Origin: Paraspadella gotoi | Taxonomy: Eukaryota > Animalia > Chaetognatha | DNA: 64,000 bases | Assembly: GCA_051294375.1 (NCBI GenBank) | Contig: CM119268.1 | Coordinates: 16,518,083 to 16,582,082 of the forward strand | Reading direction: 5' to 3' | Shown: positions 26,501 to 39,000 of the stretch, piece by piece | How positions within the stretch are numbered: position 1 is the stretch's first letter | Layout: each line of letters opens with the position of its first letter | The notes under the pieces: generated by a model | Told to the model about the DNA's origin: nothing | Database searches by the model: none | What the model saw: the letters and a program-made list of their open reading frames with translations, nothing else | Translations under genes and position numbers: made by a program

Positions 26501-29159
26501 CATTTTTCACGTTGGTGATTTCTTGAACCGCCTCGTTCAGCTTCTTCTTGGCATCTTCAGACTCTTGCTGCAGTTGACGGACCTCAGTTTGGCCTCGTCT
26601 ATGCTCTTTTTCAATTCAATCTTTTCTGTGTCATTTGCGNNNNNNNNNNNNNNNNNNNNNNNNNCTTATAATAATTAATATAGAGGAATATGTGTATCAC
26701 CCTTGTATAAGTCATGAGAAACCACCAATTGTACCCCTATGAAGAACATCCCAGTAGGAATTAGCGACAATTGACGTCGTTGCTCGCGACGAATTGGTAA
26801 TTAAACTTGTAATGGGATTCGTAGCGTAACGAAAACCGCAAAACTTTCTGCGGCTGTAATATAATCGAAAGAGAAAAAACAGCAATGGTTGTAAATGACC
26901 GCTAGAATTTGGATGACTCAATTCTCACTTACTACCTTATTGCTATGAAATATTTAAATTTTAAGGTACAACTGCTCTACTTCGGTCCTCATGGCAGAAT
27001 TTTTTAAAAATTGATTCGGCTTTATTAGAATTAGCCAAAAAGTATGATTGTACAAACAAAAAGCGCCTTAAACATGCCGCTACCCACCTTCGGAAGCTTA
27101 ATCCAAATTCGCTGTGGAACGAAGCTGTCTTCATCGAAATAAGCCGTTCTCCATTCGGCGTCTCTTTCGCCAAGAAACGCTTTGCTTGGTCCCAACGTTG
27201 GAATAAACTGGTCGTGGCTCCGTAGCTCGCCCCATCGTAAGAACAATCGTTTCATGCGAGCCTCTGCCGCCGGTAACGTATTGGTTCAATTTATTCATAT
27301 ATTAAAAAATAATAATTAGTTCAAATAAAGACTTAATTCCCCGCTGTTTCCATGATTCCCACGTCGTCCTTCAACCTCGAAACCTTGTGGTCCAATTTTT
27401 CTGTTGTTTCTTCAGTTCATTTCAGTTCGTCCCGAAGTTTTTCATTTTCATTTCCAAGTTTCTCTTCATTTCTTTGTCAGCTGCCGCTTTTTTCAAAGCT
27501 TCATCGATCTTCGTCTTTAATTGATCGTTCTCGGTTTTCCAAGGAAATCTTTGCCTCTGTAATTATAATTTGCCATTGTAACTTTAGTTTAAAGATAGAA
27601 CAAACGCAATCTTTTGAGTTTAAAGTTTATAACTGCATAGTGCATACCTGTTGTTTGTTTTAGTTGCTTCTCTCCGCCGTTTGTAAGTCCGTTTCTAATC
27701 ATTTAATAGATTTTTGTAAATGTTCCGTTTGTTTCGTAGAGTTTCTTGTTCCTTTTCGCGGATTTTTAATTCGTTTTTCACTTTTGACATTTTTCCTTCG
27801 AGGATCTCATTAGCTATTCGTACGATCTTAAAAATAAAGACGATAATTTGAACATAATTAACTACCAAAATATTTGAATACCTTTTTAAAATTTTATAAA
27901 CAAGATTAACTTGGAAAGAATCTAATTAATATTAAAATTCATGTTTCCACAAAAGCCTCTAAAATATTTGTTGCATTATATAAACTAAAAAAATAAGATT
28001 ACTTACTTCATTTCATTTTTCACGTTGGTGATTTCTTGAACCGCCTCGTTCAGCTTTCTTCTTGGCATCTTCGACCCTGCGTTGACGGACTCCACGTTTG
28101 GCCTCGTCTATGCTCTTTTTCACTTCTGTGCATTGCTGCGATTCTCTTGTCAACTTTCATTTTCATTTTCCAGAGTCTCCTTCTCTGGACACCTCTTCTA
28201 TTCTTGAGTATTATAATTTCTCCTTAATTTGATATAGTAATCGTTACACATTCTTCGAGTTGCGCAAGCTCCCTGGTCAAATTTTGATTGGCTTGATCAA
28301 TGCTTGCCAAACTGCTTGGTCGCATCCGTGATTTTTCTTGCCCCGTTGTCTTGTTCTCGTCAGAGCTTCGCGGACTGTGATCGATTCGTTGAGTCGCTTT
28401 CTCGAGATCGACTGAAAATAACAGTTTTATTAAATATCTTATCGGCCGCTTTGTACAATGTGTATCAACACTCTGGACAATTGTACATCTTTCGGTAACG
28501 ATTAAATCCCCATACGATTCCTCCGAGCGGGGCCGCTCACTTTGCATCTGGAAGGTAACTAACACAGCACAACATGCTTTGGCAACGTAGAGGGAATCCG
28601 ACCTGGAACTTTGGGGGGGTTTAAGACCCTCCAAGGAAGGATGTCCCAGAGATCGAACCCAGCATCGGAACAACTAATTGAAGGGCTTTGTTTCTATTAC
28701 CCTTTATTTATCTTCTTTTTCATATATTTTTAATCATTTCTTTCTTCAAATTGGCTTTTACCTATTTTCTCTTTATCTTCTGTTGACCCAATGGGTAAAT
28801 CCGATATACCTTCAAGACTTCGTCCAACTTTTTCGAATTAGTTTCGCTTTCTCCAAATTTTCTTCGTATCCGTCGCTACGGCATCATGAACTTTCTTTTT
28901 CGAAGGATCTGAAAGTAAGTTTCATGAAAAAAAATAAAAATTTTCGCCTTTGAATTTTCAAGGCGACAGCATTTTCCCGTTTTTTCGCTAACTTGATCGA
29001 TGCCAGAATGGCAGCTTTTCGATCTCTTTCGACAGACAGACCCGAGTAGCATCCCCTCGCCGGGACCTTCGGGCGATACCAGCCTTGACGCGGGACGCTG
29101 TGGCAGAGATGCCAAAGACCCAGAAAGGACACAAAGAATTGAGCCGCGTGCATCGCCAT
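23569..29159 (-). CDS. Putative secreted protein: signal peptide, long coiled coil and C-terminal discoidin/F5-8 type C (galactose-binding-like) domain; multi-exon, corrupted by indels and duplicated segments
   Basis: N-terminus MAMHAAQFFVSFLGLWHLCHS (29159). Heptad-rich exons (LASLDQANQNLTRELAQLE..; KKLRDELNELKKQQKNLDHKVSRLKDD). Consensus of the copies gives C-terminal exons YGATTSFIPTLGPSKAFLG..W..PQRIWIKLPK|PQKVLRFSLR..YQFVASNDVNC..WDVLH..|VLKSIPVRPRKDYRCYGF..LSDIKLWRYWS*, bounded by GT/AG sites. Domain assignment is from motif pattern only. Confidence 0.6.
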
Positions 29160-29509
29160 TTCGTTGAGAGAAATTTTCTGTTTTTTCCTCTGAAATCTTT
29201 TCCATTCCTTCGACCCCTCAGCTGACTGATTCTCACGTCTTTGTAATTTTTTTTTAAAAAAAAATGCCAGAACCGGATGATAAGATACAAGTTTGTTAAA
29301 TTGTCAAATTGTTTGATTAATAGTCCTCAAAAAGCTCAATCTAATTTAATCTATTTCTACGTATTACAGTTAGTAATTATATTTAATTTTTCTTTCAGAA
29401 TTATTATTCTTAGCTTTTTGTTTTAGCCACAAGCGGAAGGGGGGCGACGATATCTGGCGACTAGAGTTTCGTCTATACAGCCCTCCATAAATCCGGACGC
29501 GAAAAGAGG

Positions 29510-29568
<59 letters not shown>

Positions 29569-31645
29569 TTTTCTCCTGCAACTTTTCATTTTCCTTTTCC
29601 AGAGTCTCTTTCTTTTCCGTGACTATCTCTGTCTTATTCTTGAGTATTTTAATATTCTCCTTATACTTTGATATAGTATCGTTACACATTCTTTCGAGTT
29701 GCGCAAGCTCCCTGGTCAAATTTTGATTGGCTTGATCCAAGCTTGCCAACTGCTTGGTCGCATCCGTGATTTCTTGCCCGAGTTCTTTGTTTTCTCGTTG
29801 CAGAGCTTCGCGGACTGTGATCGATTCGTTGAGTCGCTTCTCGAGATCGACTGAAAATAACAGTTTTATAAATATCTTACGGCCGCTTGTACAATGTGTA
29901 TCAACATCTGGACAATTTGTACATCTTTCGGTAACGATTAAATCCCCATACGATTTCCGAGCCGGGGCCGCTCACTTTTGCATCTGGATCGGTAACTAAC
30001 ACTAGCACAATCATGCTTTGGCAACGTAGAGGGAATCCGACTGGAACTTTGGGGGGGGGGTTTAAGACCCTCCAAGGAAGGATTCCCAGAGATCGAACCC
30101 CAGCTCGGAACAACTAATTGAAGGGCTTTTGTTTTTTTGCTATTACCCTTTATTTATCTTTTTTTTCATATATTTTTTATCATTTCTTTCTTCAAATTGG
30201 CTTTTACCTATTTTCTCTTTATCTTCTGTTGACCCAATGGGTAAATCCGATATAACCTTCAAGACTTCGTCCAACTTTTTCGAATTAGTTTTCGCTTTCT
30301 CCAAAATTTTCTTCGTATCGTCGCTACGGCATCCATGACTTTCTTTTCGAAGGATCNNNNNNNNNNNNNNNNNNNNNNNNNNNNNNNNNNNNNNNNNNNN
30401 NNNNNNNNNNNNNNNNNNNNNNNNNNNNNNNNNNNNNNNNNNNNNNNNNNNNNNNNNNNNNNNNNNNNNNNNNNNNNNNNNNNNNNNNNNNNNNNNNNNN
30501 NNNNNNNNNNNNNNNNNNNNNNNNNNNNNNNNNNNNNNNNNNNNNNNNNNNNNNNNNNNNNNNNNNNNNNNNNNNNNNNNNNNNNNNNNNNNNNNNNNNN
30601 NNNNNNNNNNNNNNNNNNNNNNNNNNNNNNNNNNNNNNNNNNNNNNNNNNNNNNNNNNNNNNNNNNNNNNNNNNNNNNNNNNNNNNNNNNNNNNNNNNNN
30701 NNNNNNNNNNNNNNNNNNNNNNNNNNNNNNNNNNNNNNNNNNNNNNNNNNNNNNNNNNNNNNNNNNNNNNNNNNNNNNNNNNNNNNNNNNNNNNNNNNNN
30801 NNNNNNNNNNNNNNNNNNNNNNNNNNNNNNNNNNNNNNNNNNNNNNNNNNNNNNNNNNNNNNNNNNNNNNNNNNNNNNNNNNNNNNNNNNNNNNNNNNNN
30901 NNNNNNNNNNNNNNNNNNNNNNNNNNNNNNNNNNNNNNNNNNNNNNNNNNNNNNNNNNNNNNNNNNNNNNNNNNNNNNNNNNNNNNNNNNNNNNNNNNNN
31001 NNNNNNNNNNNNNNNNNNNNNNNNNNNNNNNNNNNNNNNNNNNNNNNNNNNNNNNNNTGAAAGTAAGTTTCATGAAAAAAAATAAAAATTTTCGCCTTGA
31101 AATTTTCAAGGCGACAGCATTTTCCGTTTTTTCGCTAACTTGATCGATGCCAGAATGCAGCTTTTCGATCTCCTTCGACAGACAGACCGAGTAGCATCCC
31201 TCGCGGGACCTTCGGGCGAATACCAGCCTTGACGCGGGACGCTGTGGCAGAGATGCCAAAGACCCAGAAAGGACACAAAGAATTGAGCCGCGTGCATCGC
31301 CATTTCGTTGAGAGAAATTTCTGTTTTTTCCTCTGAAACTTTTCCATTCCTTCGACCCTCAGCTGACTGATTCTCAGTCTTTGTAATTTTTTTTTTAAAA
31401 AAATTGCCAGAACCGGATGATAAGATACAAGTTTGTTAAATTGTCAAATGTTTGATTAATAGTCCTCAAAAAGCTCAATCTAATTCTATCTATTTCTACG
31501 TATTAACAGTTAGTAATATATTAATTTTTTCTTTCAGAATTATTATTCTTAGCTTTGTTTTAGCCACAGCGGGAAGGGGGGCGACGATATCTGGCGACTA
31601 GAGTTTCGTCGTATCAGCCTCCATAAATCCCGGACGGAAAAGAGG

Positions 31646-31706
<61 letters not shown>

Positions 31707-31720
31707 AGAGAAGAGAGAGA
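24547..31720. repeat. Overlapping near-identical re-copies of segments of the secreted-protein locus (probable long-read gap-fill artefact)
   Basis: 23537-23830 recurs at 24547 and 24842; 25140-26600 recurs at 26665-28130; about 28150-29520 recurs at 29570-31660. Copies differ mainly by homopolymer indels, and joins fall at N-gaps or a (GA)n tract. Confidence 0.75.
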
Positions 31721-32922
31721 GAGAGAGGAATAGAAATTTCATTGTATAAACAAGGAAAAAGAAAATCAAATAAAAGATTAAGGAGGAAAAGGAACAAAAA
31801 GTCGGAAACGATTTCCTTGGTTCCGACGAGAACGGAGAGAAAGTCGCCGCGATTATAATGGAAAATAGAATTTTTTAAAGAAATGTATTAATAAAAAAAA
31901 AGATAATTTAGGCAAATACGGAGTAAAAAAAAAATTAGGAGGGGGGGAATGAGCTGGGGGTTGCTAAGCAAGTGGTTGCGACGGTCTTCTTTGGGCTAAT
32001 TTAAAATTATTTTCATTTTTATATTCTCTAACAGTCAGTTGAGAGAACTTCTAGTTTTCAACCTTTTCCGGCCTAGTATAGTATAGTATAGGAATTGAAG
32101 AGATAATTAGGAAGATTACTACGTGTTATATAGAAAAAAGGAAATAGATTGTAATAATTAACGACACGAGGACTCCTTTGGCGAGAGTCGATAATTGTTC
32201 CTTTGTTTATTTTTCGGGGTTTTTTTTTTTTTGGTTTAAATTTGCTATAATTGAGCTCATTAGTCCATAAATANNNNNNNNNNNNNNNNNNNNNNNNNGC
32301 GTGTCGGCGCGTCGCCAATCGACTTCTTCGCATCCATCCGACCAATCAAAAAGCCTCCGCCGGCCACGCCCCTTTCTTGGCTCGAGACTCGCTCCCTCTT
32401 CCGCCGATACATTTGGAGGGATCCAGGAAGATTCTATCGATTAAAAAGATAGTTGGGTGGAGGGCGATTGGAAAGGAAGGGCGGTGGATAGGGAGAATAG
32501 GGGAAGGATAGATATAATAAGGATAGAAGGATAGCTTGGTGTATAGGTTATTAAGTCTTGGACGGAGAATGGTGTGCCGTATTTTCCAAAAGCGCCGTAT
32601 TTCAGCTTGAATATAAGATTTAGTTAATTTCTTGGTTTAAAGAATAAGTTAAATTTTAATAATCCTATTGGGAAGGAATCCTATTTTAAGAATTTAAGTA
32701 ATAACAAACAGTGAAAGAAGGAAAAAGGGATGAATGAATAACAAAGGCTACGCACCAAAATTACCTTTTTTATTGGCGGTTGTTATGGGGACTGTAGTAA
32801 ATATATTCTAATTTTGCGTTGTAAAAGTCCCATGATATTCGATTGACCTTTAAGCGGGAGGGCGATGATTGGATGAAGAAAGTCTTGTCATCAGTGCCAG
32901 ATATAAGGAAAGAAAGAGAGAA

Positions 32923-32972
<50 letters not shown>

Positions 32973-33539
32973 GATGAGAGAGAGAAGAGAGAGAGGAGAG
33001 AAGGACCAGGAGGGAGGGAGTGAGATGATATTTTGGTGGGTAGTTGTTTCGTCGGAAGGCGCGATGTTGTTTTGGGCGGTGAGGGACTCAGCGTCGATGG
33101 CAAAAAGTCTCTCTTACCTGATTATTGTGGCCAACCGGGCAGACGACGGCGGAACAATTTGATTGGATGGTTATGATAATTTTAAATAAATTCATTTTAT
33201 TATGTCTGCTTTTGATTAATATCATGAATCAATTTTTAATATGTCTTTGATAAGAAATTGGTAAAAATTGTTTCTAATAAAGCAATTTTGTTATGCAGTA
33301 TGGAAACATTAACTCTTCGTAAATTCAAAGTTCAACTAATGCTTTTTTATTTAGCTCTGTCCTATTTATAATTTAAGAGAGATAGAGTCAATCACACAAA
33401 CCAATCGGCCAATCGGTAAGAAGAAGAAGAAAAAAAAAACAATCTCTCCCTCCATCGTCTGCCGTCGATAAATCGTAAAGGAAAATCTTCTCCTTTTTTT
33501 CTTTTGAAGATCAAAAGGAGAAACTTGTACCCAAAAGGG

Positions 33540-33790
33540 GAACGAGAAAAATTGGAAGGGATGGGAAGGAGAGGGAGGAAAGGAGGAAGGAGGAAGGGAA
33601 TGAGATGGAGAAGAGGAGGAAGAAGGAGGAAGGGAAAGAGAGGGAGAAGAGGAGGAAGAAGGAGGACGGGAAGGAGAGGGGGAAAGGAGGAAGGAGGAGG
33701 AAGGGAAGGAGAGGGAGGAAGGGAAGGAGGAAGATGGAGGAAGGGAAGGAGAGGGAGGAAAAGAGGAAGAAGGAGAAAGGGAGGGAGGAA
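33540..33790 (+). repeat. Polypurine (GGA/GAA) low-complexity tract
   Basis: About 250 nt of almost exclusively A/G. Confidence 0.85.
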
Positions 33791-34074
33791 ATAGTATTGG
33801 TGAAAATCTGATGAAATAAAAGAAAGAAAATTATGGAAAGAAAAAATAAAAGTGAACATTAAAAAAATCGATGTAAAATTAGTTATGAAATAAAAAAAAA
33901 ACGGAGAAACAGACAAAAAACAATAACAGAAAACAAAGGGAAAAAAACGATGTAAAAAGCGGAAGAGCTTAACATTAACTGACTAAGAGACGCCGCTTCG
34001 CCCCTTGTTTCAAGTATGTAAAGTTTTCCTGGGCGTCAATGAAGAGACTTACTTTCTTGTCGATTTGTGAGGGG

Positions 34075-34153
<79 letters not shown>

Positions 34154-35689
34154 TAGAGAGGAAGTGACATTATAAGCTGAAGGCGGCGACAGGGTAAGTA
34201 AACAACCGAGGAAAGTCAAAGCCGAAAGTACAAATCCGATTTGTGGGGGAAACGGCAGAGAACGAGAGAGGGAACTGGATCACTCTTCAACTACCTTCAA
34301 GAAACAAAATCAAACTCCTTATGGACTATTTGTTTATTGTTATTGCCTGCCTTTTCTCTGCATAATCTACATATTTGATATGTTAATTATTATCATCCAA
34401 CGTGTATCTTATGTCAATAAAACTCTCCTATTTCTCACTTAATAAACCACGCCTGCTTCCTTCGTTGATTGGATGGCCAACCATTTTTCCCCAGTAGAGG
34501 TTAAATATTATTGCGATGCACATATTTTATCTTGTTTTTAATTTGTTTTTATTCTGTTTTAACTTGTTTTTAAATTATTTTTAATTAGTTTTTAATACAT
34601 TTATTTTCGTGCTGTTCTTAATTGATACAAATAACCTCACTTACCTTCGAATTCGTGGCCGAGGGAAAATGAGTACAAACCAGAATAATTTATTATATAC
34701 TTATTTTCTATTATATTATATATGCCTATTATATTATATTTTTTTAAATCATATTTTTTTTAAATATACTCAGGTGATGCAGGGTTTTGGTCTGTTCTAA
34801 GATAAACATTCAAAATATACCTTTAAAAATATAAGATAAGCAGACAAACGCGAGGATCACCATTTCGGTGATGGCTCTGCCTATACCTGGATATTGGGAT
34901 TAAAGAGCGAAATCCATGAGAGGGTATAGGTTCCCAACTGATGACCTTCCCATTGTAAAACATAAAGAAAAAAATATTTAAAAAAGAAATAATTAAAAAA
35001 TAGGATAAAGAAAAAATACAATTTTCATTAAAGTATTTTAAAAATAGACCTTTCCCGATATGTATCCCTATCAGAACATACAATTCTACATGTAGTCTTA
35101 TCCCTATTGGAAAAAAAATTGGTCCCCCTCAAAAAATTATCCGCATTCCCACCCCTTTCTGCTTCAGCTCTTGATATTATGATTTTTCATTAATGACTTT
35201 CTAGGACAGATAGTAATCTAACCTTGTGTTGTAAAGATGCTCCTCTATTTCCAGAAGACAACACTGACTTCCCTTCCCAAATTGAATTATTATATAAATA
35301 AAACATTTTTTAAAAAGAAAGCAATATATGTTTGAGTTAAATAATATAGATTAAATACTAATCCTTCATAAAAATATTAAAATATTAATTAGAAAAATAG
35401 AAAATAGTGAAACAAGTAATTTGCAAAAATTTTCATACATAACCTTTTTAAGACTGAATAAACAGTATATATTAAATTATTTTAATGCAAGTGACAAATA
35501 CTTCCAAAAAAGGCTATCTTTAACTGTTATTAACTGTTTATCTTTAAAAAAATTTTCGATAAAAAATTTTATTTTTCGATTTTTAAATTAAAAATGCCGA
35601 AAAATACTGGAAAGTAACCTCGACAAAGTTTTTTTTCCATCATGTAGTGATCTCGCAAATGTTACTTTCAAAGAAATTAATTGGAAAAT

Positions 35690-36000
35690 GATGTAATAGT
35701 AATTGATTGATTGAGTGTAATAGTAATTGATTGATATAATAGTAACGATTGATGTAATAGTAATTGATATAATAATAATTGATAATTAATGGCGATGATA
35801 ACCAATTATTGATGCGATGATAACCAAATGATCTGATGCATGATACCAAATGTGGATGCGATAACAAATGATTATGCGATGAAAAAACCAAATGATTGAT
35901 GCGATGATAACCAAATATTGATGCGAATGATAACCAAATAGATGGATGGGATGATAACGCAAAATAATGGATGCGAATGATAGTCATTTCATTGATGCAT
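35690..36000 (+). repeat. Degenerate tandem repeat (GATGCGATGATAACCAAATGATT-like, ~22-23 bp); related units at 36420-36660
   Basis: Contiguous degenerate units are visible. Confidence 0.7.
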
Positions 36001-39000
36001 AATCAGTAATAAAAGGAGATAGACCCCGACGCGGGTCTATTAACCCTGCGTATTTCACCTTCTCTCATCTCCTCCGCAGGGTTACGGGGCCGCGTTCACG
36101 AGGTTCAGTTCACCTTTCTCTCTTGCTCCAAGTTTCCTCCCTTTTTTTACCCTCATGTAAATTCTTGTTGGTATAGATTTTCCTGCCGTCAATATATTAT
36201 TTTTCCCGCTTCGCCGTGCTACTTCTGGTTAGGATACCTTTTTCAGAAGTGACGCCGCAATTGTGTTACTTGAACCCACAGAATAAACCAAATAAGTGCT
36301 CCACGGCGACTGTATTTAAAAACCGGAAGAAAACAAAGTAAAACAAAAACGAAAAAATGAAAGGAAAAAACCACTGAAAAACTTTCCAATTTGTTTTTAA
36401 ATTAAAAAATTAGATAATGATAATCATTCATTGATGCGATGATAGTCCATTCATTTTATGCGATGATAGTCATTCATTGATACGATGATAAGTCCCATTC
36501 ATCGCTGACTCACGATATGTTATTATGACACTCCGGAATCATCTGATCGAGATGATAAGCTCTGATAGGAATATGATGGCGAAGATAATTAGTTGCAGTT
36601 CATGTTGAATGGCGAGAGATAGTCAGTTTATAGACGCGATGAATGGTCATATGTCATTCAATCGTAAATAAATGACTATAAACTCATATATGCGTAGAGG
36701 AAGAGAGAGAGAGAGAGATGTATGGAAGAGAAAAGAGAGAATATATTCTCTCAAAAAGAATAGTGTTCTGCGAAGAAAGTGTTACTATTACTAAGAAGGA
36801 AAAATTAATGAAAAAACTCTGTAAAAAAAAAAGATGCAAAGATGAAACAAGGAGAAAGTGACGAGTGAGGGTAATGAGGAGTAGAAGAAGAGAGAGAAAG
36901 GAGAGGAGACGCACGAAAGAAAAGGGTAGGATGTCATCGGAGTTGAGAAGAGTTGAGAGACAAAGAGAGAGGAAAAGAAAAAGAGAAAGAAGGAAGAAGA
37001 AGAGAGGAATAGAGATTAGAATAAGAGACAAGAATATGAGTATAGGAAACCAATAATGTGAGATGAAGATGATAACCGAGTGAATTGGATAAGAGTAATG
37101 AACCTATAATTAGTATATTAAAAACTATTATTAAATAATGATTGATAAGATAGGATAGTACCGATATGATATGATTGTTGAATCGATATCACTCATTGAC
37201 AGCGAATGAAATCATTCATATGATAAACCACAATGAGAAAGCAAACAAATGACGTTTTATGAGTGAGAGTAAGAAAAAAAAAAAAGGAGAAGTAAAAAAA
37301 AAATTCCCAACTAAGTATGGAAGAGTTGAGTAGCCCTACCTCAACGTGAGACAAAAATTAGAAATGATAACATGCTCAAAACAAATAATTTATACATTTT
37401 TGAAAAGTAAGAGTCGCACTTATCAATGGACAAACAAATCTTTTCTCTCTATGATTTGGAGAGAGCTCTATACACCCTAATAATTATTGTAATATTATTA
37501 ATAAATAAGAAAGCCAATTTTGTTAATAATTTTTTAGCATTTTGTAAGACCAGATTGTGGAAGACGATCCGACGGAGACTTTAAATTCCCGATCGCCGTT
37601 GCCCAAGCAAACAAAGACACGACGGAACTGTCGGCACTATCGGGCTGTAGCCCGACACCTAACAGGTGAGTGAGACGTAACACTCCCGTGCTCCACACCT
37701 ATTTAACACACTTGTTGGCAGAACATCCTAGCACAAAGGCGCACGAACCCGAGTCCTTTGGTTGGGAGAAGCTCGTGCCTAACGCTCCGGCGACCATAAT
37801 CGGGTGCTGCTGATTGCGTCGACGAGTACACTTTTTGGGTGTATTTGAGAATGGATCGCTAACAAGGGCTGACGACATCCCCCCCCTCCTGAGGTCACTG
37901 GCTAACAACACCCGCGCAAGTGCTGATGGACTGATGAAAGATCGCAGCAGCGCTATATGTCGCCCGGAAGCACTGCTAGCGTAGGGGCTGACGCAACTGA
38001 TTCCTGGCTCACTCGTATCTGTCACGACACAACGATGGATCGAGTCGAGGGAGACAGGGAGGGTAATTATTATAACTATGCCGCGGGGCAAAGGGGTGTA
38101 TTAATGTGCCAGCGAGTGCTTTGCTCGTATGCGAGCTCACCAGTGAGATAAGACGATGCGTCGCCGGCAGCGAGTGACAGCTGAGTACCGTTGATCAACC
38201 ACTCAGAGTGATCCCGACACTTCCGCGATCGGGCCTCTAACGTATCTCGGACTCACGTACTAGGTGGTGCTTCACGATCGCCCCCGTCGCGCTTTTACTT
38301 GTGAATCATGCAGGGCGCCGACCAGAGTCTATCTCTTGGGTTGGAGTAGCAGCTCGTGCACCTCCGGCGCAATAGGTGCTTATGCTGATCTCTCGGCGAA
38401 GTAGTGAGGGTATTCGAATACTACCAGCTACAAGATCAGATAACTCATATGCATAAAAAGTGTTCTAGCATGAAACATAAAAATTTTTCTTTCTTAAATA
38501 TTTTCTCCACTCCTATAATCTAGAATCAAAAATAAGAAAAACTCTCTTGTACAAAAATCAATCATCATCTTTCGATGATGTATAAAATTTTCTTTTATAT
38601 TTTCGCCATAAGAATACACGTTCACAGAATTCTTTAAAAAGCTAATAAATTATATTTCTTGTCTAACTTCTTTTAATGGCTCTATCAGAATCCATCAAAA
38701 AAGTTTTAAGATTTCAAAAAATAAAAAATTTTCTATAATGTAAAAAAAGAATAAGTAATCTTTAATGTATTAATCAGAGACGTCATATGTAAATATTTGT
38801 TTCTTGGAAAGAAAGAGATTGAGCTTAAAGTATTTGTCCAAACTCGACGAACTCAAAAATACTTTGTCCTAATAGTTCAACCACATTGTACCTATTATCA
38901 TTTGGTGTTGCGTTCTATGGTTAGAGATGATTATTTAATATGTCGATCTTAATACGGAGATCTGAATTTCTCTCTAACACATCTCATTTTTTACACTCAC

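Noticed and set aside
24547-31720. Tandem gene family or pseudogene array
   Set aside because: Copies differ mostly by homopolymer indels and are joined at gaps or a (GA)n tract, as expected for uncorrected long reads. Read depth is needed to exclude real duplication fully.
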